DNA from: an uncultured delta proteobacterium
GTDB lineage: Bacteria; Desulfobacterota; Desulfomonilia; UBA1062
Length of the DNA: 64,000 bases
Assembly (NCBI GenBank): GCA_963752595.1
Contig: CAVVYZ010000005.1
Span: forward strand, 224,001-288,000
Direction: 5' to 3'
Below are positions 50,801 through 59,659 of this stretch, in pieces. The notes beneath the pieces were generated by a model, which was given only the letters and a program-made list of their open reading frames with translations, made no database searches and was not told the DNA's origin. The translations under genes and the position numbers were made by a program. Numbering within the stretch: position 1 is the first letter of the stretch; each line of letters opens with the position of its first letter.

Positions 50801-51051
50801 ATGGAATACTTCATGGCCTGGGCAAAGCTGACCACTGGGAGCGCCTGAACTTCACTTATACCTTCCCCTTGGAAAGCACGAGCTTTCCAGGGCTTCTGCT
50901 TTTTACGTTTCTTTTTTGCACCTATTCCTGAGTTATTCAGCAGAGTTATCAGGTCATTTTATCAATACGCATAGTAAATATTTGGACCGTTTCTTCTGGA
51001 ATTCAAGAGATTGAGTGAGAATTTCGATTACTATTCATAGACCGTATAATT

Positions 51052-52305
51052 ATGAAAGATACTACGATAGACCAGCTTTATTTTTACCGGACGCTTTTCC
51101 ATAAGGCAGGCGGTGCCGTCTTTGTCCTGGACCTCTCCGGGACTGTCATTGATGTAAATGATATTGCCTGCAGCTTCCTCGGATACAGGAGAGAGAACAT
51201 GATCGGCAGGAAGATCCATGAAAACGACTCGGACATCCTGCAAGAAATAACTCCCGGGAAGATCAGCGAGATAACGGGGAAGAAGATGCTGACCTATGAA
51301 ACCCGCCACAGGGGCCCCGATAACAGAGTTGTTCCGGTTGAGGTAACTGCCCGGATAATCGACATATGCGAAAACCGGTCTGTTATGATCGTGTTCAGGG
51401 ACATTACCGAGGGGATACAATCGGAAATGCAGCTGCTGAAGACACACAGGGAGCTCGAAAGGACGAACATAGAGGTCGTCAAAATGTATGCCGAGCTGAA
51501 ATCCACCCAGTCCAAAATGCTGCATTCGGAAAAAATGGCATCCATAGGGCAGCTTGCTGCCGGGGTGGCTCATGAAATCAACAATCCCATGGGATTCATT
51601 ACCAGTAATCTTGGATCGCTGGATAAGTATTTCCTGAAGATCATGGCCTACATGGACGGGCTGGAGAAGGCCGTCCATGAGCTGGATGCCCGTAAGATCT
51701 CAGAAGAGTGCGGGCAGATGAAGCATCAGCTGAAGATTGATTACATAAGGCAGGATATCACCGACCTGATCAGAGAATCCCTGGACGGGGCCGACCGGGT
51801 AAAGAAAATCGTGCAGAACCTGAAAACCTTCTCACGGGTGAATGAAGCAGAGATGCAGAATGCAAGCGTGAATGAGTGCCTTGAGACGACTCTTAACATC
51901 GTGTGGAATGAGCTCAAATACAAAGCAGATGTGAAAAAAGAATATGGAGAGATCCCCCTGATACGATGCTATCCTCAGGAGCTCAACCAGGTGTTCATGA
52001 ACTTTCTGATCAATGCTGCCCAGGCCATAAAAGAACGAGGCGAGATAAGAATCAGGACCTTTATGGAAGACGGCTTTGTCAAGGTTTCTATTTCAGACAC
52101 CGGGGGCGGCATCCCGAAGAATAACATGGGAAGGCTTTTCGAGCCTTTTTTTACCACCAAGGAAGTGGGAAAGGGAACCGGATTGGGATTGAGCATAAGT
52201 TACGACATCGTAAAGAAGCACAAAGGTGAGATTACCGTTGAAAGCGAGGAAGGGAAAGGGTCCACCTTTACCGTATGCATACCGGTAACGGAAGGAGAGG
52301 CTTAA
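51052..52305 (+). CDS. PAS sensor histidine kinase (NtrB-like)
   Basis: PAS, EKMASIGQLAAGVAHEINNP, NQVFMN, DTGGG and FFTTKEVGKGTGLGL. Confidence 0.93.
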   Translation: MKDTTIDQLYFYRTLFHKAGGAVFVLDLSGTVIDVNDIACSFLGYRRENMIGRKIHENDSDILQEITPGKISEITGKKMLTYETRHRGPDNRVVPVEVTARIIDICENRSVMIVFRDITEGIQSEMQLLKTHRELERTNIEVVKMYAELKSTQSKMLHSEKMASIGQLAAGVAHEINNPMGFITSNLGSLDKYFLKIMAYMDGLEKAVHELDARKISEECGQMKHQLKIDYIRQDITDLIRESLDGADRVKKIVQNLKTFSRVNEAEMQNASVNECLETTLNIVWNELKYKADVKKEYGEIPLIRCYPQELNQVFMNFLINAAQAIKERGEIRIRTFMEDGFVKVSISDTGGGIPKNNMGRLFEPFFTTKEVGKGTGLGLSISYDIVKKHKGEITVESEEGKGSTFTVCIPVTEGEA

Positions 52306-53144
52306 TGACGAGGTTTGATGAACATATCAGGATACTATGCGTGGATGATGAGAAGAATGTTCTCAAATGCCTTCAGCGCCTGTTCTTTGATGAGGAATAT
52401 GAGATCCTGCCTGCCGAGACAGCTGTTGAAGGTATGGAGATCCTCAAGGGTATGTCTCCTGTCCAGATCGTAATCTCGGACTACCGGATGCCGGGAATGA
52501 ACGGAGCGGATTTTCTCCGGCAGGTCTATGAGCAGTGGCCTGATACGATAAGGATCGTGCTGTCCGGATATGCCGATACCGCCGTGGTCGTAGAGGCGAT
52601 CAATGAAGGCCATATTTACAAGTTCATCCCGAAGCCCTGGAACGATGACGAGCTCAAATTGGTCATCAACAACGCCCTTGAGATATACTACCTCCATAAG
52701 AAGAACAAAGAGCTTACCGAAGAATTGAAGGAAGCGAACAATCAGCTTCTTGTCGTTAATCAGAACCTGGAGACTCTGGTGGAAGAACGCACCGCCGAAA
52801 TACGATTCCAAAACCAGGCATTGAAGGTTGCCCAGAACGTCCTTGACGCACTGCCTGTTGCGGTAGTCGGGATGGATAAAACAGGACTCATTGTCCAGTG
52901 CAATCAAATGGCAAATAAAATGCTCTGTGAAATCCCCGGGAGCTTGCTTGGCAACACCAGGAAGAATACGCTGCCGAAAGACGTTAACCGTATCGTCGAC
53001 AAGATCGTCGTGAATGGTTCCGGCATCGGCAGATGGGAAAGGAATGGGGGAGAGATTACGGTCAGAGGGGGTATGATGAGGTTCAATGGCGCGCAGGAAG
53101 TGGTGATCCTCGTCCTCTACGAAGATGATGATAAAAATGGGTGA
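52305..53144 (+). CDS. Response regulator (receiver + coiled coil + PAS-like C-terminus)
   Basis: VDDE, ISDYRMPGMNG and FIPKPW intact. Confidence 0.9.
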   Translation: MTRFDEHIRILCVDDEKNVLKCLQRLFFDEEYEILPAETAVEGMEILKGMSPVQIVISDYRMPGMNGADFLRQVYEQWPDTIRIVLSGYADTAVVVEAINEGHIYKFIPKPWNDDELKLVINNALEIYYLHKKNKELTEELKEANNQLLVVNQNLETLVEERTAEIRFQNQALKVAQNVLDALPVAVVGMDKTGLIVQCNQMANKMLCEIPGSLLGNTRKNTLPKDVNRIVDKIVVNGSGIGRWERNGGEITVRGGMMRFNGAQEVVILVLYEDDDKNG

Positions 53145-53170
53145 GAGGATACCGGGTAAGGAGCGTCTAC

Positions 53171-54484
53171 ATGGATGAAAAAGATATGCGGCTCGGAGTG
53201 CTCTTCGTCGATGACGAAGAGAATATCCTGCGGTCCCTGCGCCGACTGTTCATGGACGAAGGATTTGAGATATATATCGCCTCCGGTGGCGAACAGGGCC
53301 TGGAGATCGTACGGAATACCCCGGATATTGCACTCATTGTCTCGGATCAGCGCATGCCCGGAATGACCGGAGCAGAGTTCCTGGAAAAGGCAAAGATCGC
53401 CCGGCCGGAAACTTTAAGGATCCTGCTGACCGGCTACAGCGACATCAATGCAGTCGTAGATGCCATCAACAGGGGGGGAGCATACCGTTACCTTACAAAA
53501 CCATGGGATGACGAAGTACTCAAACAGAATATCCGGGAAGCGGTAAAGGTATTCGCGCTCACCAGGGAGAATCAGAGGCTGGGCGAGGTCATCAGGCAAC
53601 AGAACAAAAAACTCAAGAACTGGAATGCCGAGCTGCAGGAAATGGTGCAGGTGCAAACCATGGAGCTCACAAAACAGAATGACGAACTGAAGAAACTCAA
53701 TGAGAGGCAGCGATCTGATTTCAAAAGCATGATTTCTGCCATCTCGAGCCTCATCGAACTCAGGGACAAGCGCGTGCGCAGCCATTCGAAGAAAGTCGCC
53801 GAGACTTCAGTACGGTTTGCAAAAAAGATGGGAATGGAAAGCAGCGAAATTGAAGCCGTCCTGATAGCGGCCCTGCTCCACGACATCGGAAAGATCGGCA
53901 TCCCGGATGTCATGCTGATGAAGGACTTCGACGGGATGAGTCAGGATGAGGTGCAGGAATACATGAAACATCCTGTCAGGGGTCAGGCAGCGATCGATCC
54001 GATTGCGGATTTAAGACCTGTCGGAGTTCTCATCCGGCACCACCATGAACGGTATGATGGCCGGGGGTTCCCGGATATGCTTGCCGGGAAAGCCATCCCG
54101 ATCGGTTCCAGGATAATCGCCATGGCCGATTTTATCGATCACACAGCCTCGACTTATGGGGGAGATAATCTCTCGGAGGTAATCCTAAGCAAGTTGGAAG
54201 ACACTCTGGGGAAGCAGTTCGATCCTCAACTCATCAAGTATCTCAGGAACACGGTCGCCGAGGTCTATCTTGCAGATACTTCCATCAAGGATACTGTTGA
54301 GAAAGAGCTTGATGTAGAGCAACTCAGCAAGGGGTTGGTCCTCTCCCGTGATGTGGTGAGCGGGACAGGCCTTCTGCTCATGAGCAAGGGTGCCCGCCTT
54401 GACGATAAGCAGATAAAATCACTGCAACGTATATTTACGCTGGACCCCTCAAGAAGCGGGGTATTCGTGTGGTTGGACAAGTAA
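53171..54484 (+). CDS. Response regulator with HD-GYP (cyclic-di-GMP phosphodiesterase) domain
   Basis: VDDE, SDQRMP and KPW receiver motifs; HSKKV, LHDIGK and HHERYDGRGFP. Confidence 0.92.
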   Translation: MDEKDMRLGVLFVDDEENILRSLRRLFMDEGFEIYIASGGEQGLEIVRNTPDIALIVSDQRMPGMTGAEFLEKAKIARPETLRILLTGYSDINAVVDAINRGGAYRYLTKPWDDEVLKQNIREAVKVFALTRENQRLGEVIRQQNKKLKNWNAELQEMVQVQTMELTKQNDELKKLNERQRSDFKSMISAISSLIELRDKRVRSHSKKVAETSVRFAKKMGMESSEIEAVLIAALLHDIGKIGIPDVMLMKDFDGMSQDEVQEYMKHPVRGQAAIDPIADLRPVGVLIRHHHERYDGRGFPDMLAGKAIPIGSRIIAMADFIDHTASTYGGDNLSEVILSKLEDTLGKQFDPQLIKYLRNTVAEVYLADTSIKDTVEKELDVEQLSKGLVLSRDVVSGTGLLLMSKGARLDDKQIKSLQRIFTLDPSRSGVFVWLDK

Positions 54485-54753
54485 GACCATGATCCGTAGA
54501 AGCAACGATCCGGTCAGACCTCCTTTAAGAAAGGTGACCATCTGCCGGATATCGTGCAGGGTTCGAAGCTTAGGCGTCCCTATATTCGTTATTTCATGAT
54601 TGCTTGAAGTAATAAGCCTCAAGCGCGATCCTGCTATTAAGCCCTAAAATTATACAGGAATCAGAAATTGATATTAAATATTAAATCTGGTAGCATCGGA
54701 ATTTCAATAGGGCATTTTGCAACACCTGTTAACTGCCGACAGAGGAGGATATT

Positions 54754-55482
54754 ATGGACAAGGCTTCCAGAAAAATCGGGTACATCTCGTGCGCTGTTCT
54801 CTTCTTCGCATCGCTTATGCTGGTGGGCTGGGGGTCAGACCTCACGATCGAGAAATCGAGCACCACGAAAAAGCTCGAAAGCCTGCCCCGTGCGAAAGGC
54901 GATAGAAAGGTCGTCACCATCTACGAATTCAGGTCAAGTGTTTCAGAAATCTCGGGAGCGGCGGCAACAGACATGTTCACGACTGCCCTTATAAAGTCCG
55001 GATCATTTGCCGTGGCTGAAAGGCATCGTCTCAACCAGGGCGTTGCCATCGAAAAGCAGCTCAACGCCCAAGGCCAGACCACCGGCCAGGTGGCTCAGTC
55101 CCAGCTTAAGGGCGCGGAATTTATATTTGAGGGCACGGTCTCGGAAGCAAACGCTAACGAGAGCAAGACCGGCATCGGAGGCGTCTTCAGAGGCCTCGGC
55201 CTTGAAACCAGCGGCGAGAAGGCGGTCATGGGGATCGATGTCCGGGTGGTCAGCGTTGCAACGGGAGAGGTTCTGGACTCCGTGAACGTCCGCAAGCCCA
55301 TCAAAGCCGGAGGCTTCTCCTTGAGCGGCGTCGGTTCGATCGTGCAGAGCTATTCGAAAAGAGACCTCCAGGGTGCTGACGTGGGCGTTTCGCATGAAGG
55401 CCGGGAAGGTGTCGATGAGGCGCTGAGGGCCTGCATCGAGGAATCGGTCTACCAGCTGGTGAAACGCTACGGCAAGGAATAG
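54754..55482 (+). CDS. CsgG/HfaB-family exported protein
   Basis: Signal/TM, TDMFTTALIKSGSF.V.ER..L, GAEFIFEGTVSE and IDVRVVSV.TGEVL. Confidence 0.8.
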   Translation: MDKASRKIGYISCAVLFFASLMLVGWGSDLTIEKSSTTKKLESLPRAKGDRKVVTIYEFRSSVSEISGAAATDMFTTALIKSGSFAVAERHRLNQGVAIEKQLNAQGQTTGQVAQSQLKGAEFIFEGTVSEANANESKTGIGGVFRGLGLETSGEKAVMGIDVRVVSVATGEVLDSVNVRKPIKAGGFSLSGVGSIVQSYSKRDLQGADVGVSHEGREGVDEALRACIEESVYQLVKRYGKE

Positions 55483-55485
55483 GAA

Positions 55486-56700
55486 TTGAAGCCCTCCTGC
55501 AAAGGAACCGGTTTGCTCCTGCTGTTCGTTCTCGGAATGTACGCTCCGGCGGATGCCCAGACGGTCTTCGACATCGGCGGGCCCGGCGAGAGGTATGACC
55601 GGTGCGTTGTCGAGCTTCCCTTGGGCGGATATCATCACCACAACCAGATGCTTTACCCGACCAGGGGCTTCCGCTACTCCGGCAGCTACTCGCTCGTGTA
55701 TCTCGTCAACATCCTGCCCGGAGAATACAGCGTCGTTATGTCGTATCCGGTAGGAACCGTCAATCTAACCCCGGCGGTTTCTATTTTCGACCGGTGGCCG
55801 TATGACTCGCAGGCAAGGCGGTTCGATCTGCCCATGGGCCCCACGGTCAGGAGCAAACCGAAAAAGATCGAGTACCGGTGGCACGTCGGTATCTCTCCGA
55901 AGAGCACGAGCACGCTGCTCTACATATCCGTAGAGGTGCCTGCCGGGGGATACGGGTCTGCCGCCTTTCCCCACTCTGTATCCATCATAAGCCCCCCGTC
56001 GATGCCCGTGAACACCTTGGACAGAGGTGTGACGTTTCTGACAGGACCTACGGACCTTGTCCTCGCCAGCGGACAGGAAGCGGTTTCCTATGTGGTGGAA
56101 AGGCCCGAACAGGCCTTTGATACCTCGGCGCTGCCCGTATTGCCCATCCCCGGAGATCTCGTAAAGAACGGCTCATTCAAGGACGGCCTCAACGGCTGGC
56201 TCCCTCAGCGCGACCGCATCGCATCGCAGGATGTCGTCTCGTTCTCGCTCCAGGACAAGGCCTTAAGGATAACAGGCGCTTCGGGAAAGGTCCGGGAAGG
56301 GGTGATGCAGAAGATCAACGCCGATGTAACAGGCGCTGCTTCGCTTATCTTACGGGCAGACGTGAAGGTGATTGAACAGACCTTGGGGGGAACCGGGACC
56401 GATGGCAGTGATGCCCCCGTCGCCTTAGCCGTGGGCTACCGGGATGCCGCCGGCAAGGAAGTGAGTAAAGACCTGCTTTTCTGGAAAGGGTTCTATGCCC
56501 TCCCCCCTGAAGAGCCCAACAAGGCAGCAGCTGGACAGAAGGTCCCCAAGGGGGCCTGGTACCGCTATATCTTCGACCTCATGCAGCTCGATCCCAAGCC
56601 CGCGACTATCCTGTTCATCTCGCTCGAAGGCTCGGGATGGCCTGCCAGAGAGGGTTGGATAAGGGAAGTGCACCTCATCAAATCAGGTGGTGAAAAATGA
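55486..56700 (+). CDS. Secreted hypothetical protein with C-terminal carbohydrate-binding-like beta-sandwich
   Basis: Signal peptide (ADA cleavage), unknown N-domain, LVKNGSF..GLNGW motif typical of CBM4/9-like domains. Confidence 0.7.
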   Translation: MKPSCKGTGLLLLFVLGMYAPADAQTVFDIGGPGERYDRCVVELPLGGYHHHNQMLYPTRGFRYSGSYSLVYLVNILPGEYSVVMSYPVGTVNLTPAVSIFDRWPYDSQARRFDLPMGPTVRSKPKKIEYRWHVGISPKSTSTLLYISVEVPAGGYGSAAFPHSVSIISPPSMPVNTLDRGVTFLTGPTDLVLASGQEAVSYVVERPEQAFDTSALPVLPIPGDLVKNGSFKDGLNGWLPQRDRIASQDVVSFSLQDKALRITGASGKVREGVMQKINADVTGAASLILRADVKVIEQTLGGTGTDGSDAPVALAVGYRDAAGKEVSKDLLFWKGFYALPPEEPNKAAAGQKVPKGAWYRYIFDLMQLDPKPATILFISLEGSGWPAREGWIREVHLIKSGGEK

Positions 56701-57393
56701 GAAAAACACTCGCAGTGTCGGCATTGTCGTGTACATTCGTATTGGCCGTGGCCCTTGCTCTTCCTGCAGGTCCGCTTGACAGGACAAACACCCAGCCTCG
56801 CACCAACCCCACATCTCAGTCCATGATCAGGGTCCCGGGCGTGGTAGGTACGGACTTGCAGTCAGCCATGTCATCAATCCAGCAGGCAGGCAAGCGTAAG
56901 CATCAAGCCTTCGAAGAAGAAGCCGGAAGGTTTCGAAGGCAAGGTGGTTTCCCAGGTGCCCGGGGCCGGAGGGATTGCGATGTACGGCACATCCGTAACC
57001 ATATATATTTACAAGGTCCAGAGCACAGCGGGTGAAAGTACGGGCAGCACCGGCACCACATGGGGCACCCACCCAATCCTCAGGCTCGACCCCGTCATAC
57101 GCCTACCCATCCACCGGGGCGACCGGAACCGCCCAGCCTCAGCAGCAATATTATCCTCCTGCTTCAACCGGGATGCCCGCGCAGGGCTCTCAGCCGTTCC
57201 AGGTTCAGCAGTATTATTACCCTCCCCAGGGATGACCGGGACGCCTGCACAGGATCAGTCGGGGGTAAACACGGGCAGCCCGCAGCCGAATGCACAGGGC
57301 GATCAGCAGGTTATCCCCGATGCAGCAGCTCCACCACAGGGGGAACCGGGTTCGACTCCTTTAGCGCCACAGCCTGCCCCCTCCGGGCAGTGA
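56697..57393 (+). pseudogene. Secreted PASTA-domain protein with Pro/Gln/Thr-rich tail; apparent frameshifts near 56890, 57062 and 57225
   Basis: VPGVVG.DL.SA..IQQAG ... GKVVSQ.PGAG...GTSVTI (PASTA) spread across frames; low-complexity QQYYPP repeats. Confidence 0.7.
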
Positions 57394-57440
57394 CGATTCT
57401 CCGTATGTTCAGATGACAGCTGGAGTCGGGCCGGGGAGAG

Positions 57441-57940
57441 CTAGTCCACGATCCATAAGCGCTTGAACCTTTTTTTCTCTTCATACCAGTAGAAAAGGCA
57501 ACTCTCCCTGCCTTCCTTGGAATAAATTATGCCGGGCAGATTCAGGGAGAACCGGTCAGGCTCTCCGGGATCGCAGTCGAAGTACATCCTGCCGCAGGCC
57601 GTATTGTATCTCCCCGGGCAGCAACCCTGACGCCGACCGCATCAAGCCACCAGGTTTCCTCCAGATTATCGAGGATACAGGTTTTATAGCCTTGCTTTTG
57701 CGAAACAAACGCAAATAGGGCGGATCCTCGGCCTGTCTTATTCACCAGCACCATTGCCTCATCAAGTATACCGTCACCATTGAAATCTTCACTGATCTTC
57801 ATGAAATGACGAGGTCCTTCCTTGCGGAAGCCTTGTTTGGATTCCTTCTGTGCAGGGGGTTGCCAGCCATCCGGGACCGGTACGGCAGCCATGCACAGCA
57901 CAGCCGATAGCATGAAAGTGAAATATTTCAGGTGCATCAT
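57441..57940 (-). pseudogene. Secreted hypothetical protein, frameshift near 57615
   Basis: Signal peptide, EDFNGDGILDEA, then in the shifted frame PGRYNTACGRMYFDC...FYWYEEKKRFKRLWIVD-stop. Confidence 0.65.
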
Positions 57941-58400
57941 TGATTCTCCTGCTGCCGTGAAGGTATGCGATACACTCCTCATGACCGTGATCCGCATTCG
58001 CCGAGCTTTATGTTCGCTTTTCCTTATCGTCTGCACAACGGCTATTATAAGATGCTGTTTCATCATCAAATGAAAAGCCCGATACTCTAATACTGAATGT
58101 ACATGAGGTTATCAAGCAGCCTCTTGGGATGGGAATCTTGAAGGTACAGCAAGCTCCGCAGGGAGCAAAAAAGGGCGGACACCAAAAGAGTCTCGCTCAA
58201 ATGAAATACCCCTTAAGCAAGCTTAAGAGTATATCTGAATGAACAAAAATCCCATCCGGTTTATTGCGGCAACAATTAGTGTATCTTTGATAGGCTTGAT
58301 CAGCAGACTTGATTATCGGGGAATAAGAATTTTTCCAGACGTCCCGTTCGTTTTCTGAGAAAAGCAGCATGAAATACAAAACAGCAGGCATCTTAGGTTG

Positions 58401-58429
58401 TATGGGGGCAAGCAGAACCTGCCCCCATA
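58401..58429. terminator. Hairpin downstream of the cold-shock gene
   Basis: tatgggggca...tgcccccata, 10-bp stem. Confidence 0.5.
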
Positions 58430-58434
58430 ATTTT

Positions 58435-58635
58435 TTAGGCTTTGTAGACGTTGGATGCCTGGGGCCCCTTATCACCCTTGGTTATGTCGAAGGTGACTTT
58501 CTGACCTTCTTCGAGTGACCTGAAACCGCTTTCTTTGATAGAGCTATGATGAACGAAAACATCGCTTCCATCCTCAGCTGTAATAAAACCAAAACCTTTC
58601 TGATCATTAAACCACTTCACTGTTCCTTTTGCCAT
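58435..58635 (-). CDS. csp: Cold-shock protein
   Basis: [23 protein letters not shown] and GPQASNV. Confidence 0.97.
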   Translation of the reverse strand: MAKGTVKWFNDQKGFGFITAEDGSDVFVHHSSIKESGFRSLEEGQKVTFDITKGDKGPQASNVYKA

Positions 58636-58953
58636 GATAGTAACCTCTTGTTCCAGTCCCCAAGCTCGGCAAAGCAGGGTCCTGCATTTGTATTTCTGAA
58701 AACAAAAGATATCGGTTCTGGAATATTACTTTCAGGAAGGGTGTCTTTTGGGCATCTTTCGGAAAACAAAATTCAAGTTCGATATATTAATGTCTCAGTT
58801 GAGAATCAAATAATTCATATAAATATCGTTGTCAAGGAGATTACCTATGTCATTTGAATTGCAGCCCGGAGAATTATAGAGATAAATATGATATGAGAGA
58901 TGCCGTCATGCTAAACACTCATCTGTTTTTCACCCAGCTGCGAAGACACGGAA

Positions 58954-59493
58954 ATGCCGGCAACCGGTAGCCGGGGCTATCCTTCACACCATGAAAGCCG
59001 GCTTACCCTGAAGGATGGCAGGGAGGTCTTCCTCAGGCCCGTCCTGCCTACGGACAATGATCTCGTCATCGATCTATTCAACAGGATCTCCCCCAGGTCT
59101 ATCTATCAGCGTTTCCTGGCAAACCTCGGTGCCCTCCCGGAAGACATGCTCCATCACTTCACTCACATCAACTACGAGACCGATTTCGCCCTGGCAGCGG
59201 TAATCGAAGAGGGGTGCAGTGAGGCAATCATTGCCGTGGGCCGATATGCGTACGATCCCCATGAAAACAACACCGATCTTGCCCTTGCTGTCCGCGACGA
59301 CTGGCAGAATCTGGGCCTGGGCAAGTTACTGCTGACAAGGATCATTGCCATCGCCAAAGAGCACGGCATCTCTCGTTTCGAAAGCATGATGGACACGAAG
59401 AACACCATCATGGAGAAGATTCTCAAGGACCTCGGGTATGAGGTGAGGTATTCCCTGCGGAGCGGTTTCTATCAGGTGGAGATACTTGTCTGA
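58954..59493 (+). CDS. GNAT acetyltransferase (stand-alone version of the acyl-CoA synthetase-associated GNAT domain)
   Basis: LKDGREVFLRP, S..S.YQRF, AVGRY and VRDDWQNLGLG. Confidence 0.88.
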   Translation: MPATGSRGYPSHHESRLTLKDGREVFLRPVLPTDNDLVIDLFNRISPRSIYQRFLANLGALPEDMLHHFTHINYETDFALAAVIEEGCSEAIIAVGRYAYDPHENNTDLALAVRDDWQNLGLGKLLLTRIIAIAKEHGISRFESMMDTKNTIMEKILKDLGYEVRYSLRSGFYQVEILV

Positions 59494-59659
59494 GCGATAT
59501 GCAAAAGGGCCTGCTGTTAAATCATACAAACCTAAAAAATCCTGTACAAAACAGGGACATCTTACCTGGCGGATGGATGTTTAAAAATGTATAACCTTTG
59601 TGCTATAGGAGGGATGCCTTAATTCATTTTTTCATAACAACGTATTTCTGGAGAAAAGC

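Noticed and set aside
58197-58475. 92-aa ORF overlapping the csp 3' end
   Set aside because: It overlaps csp and its hairpin; no motif or RBS
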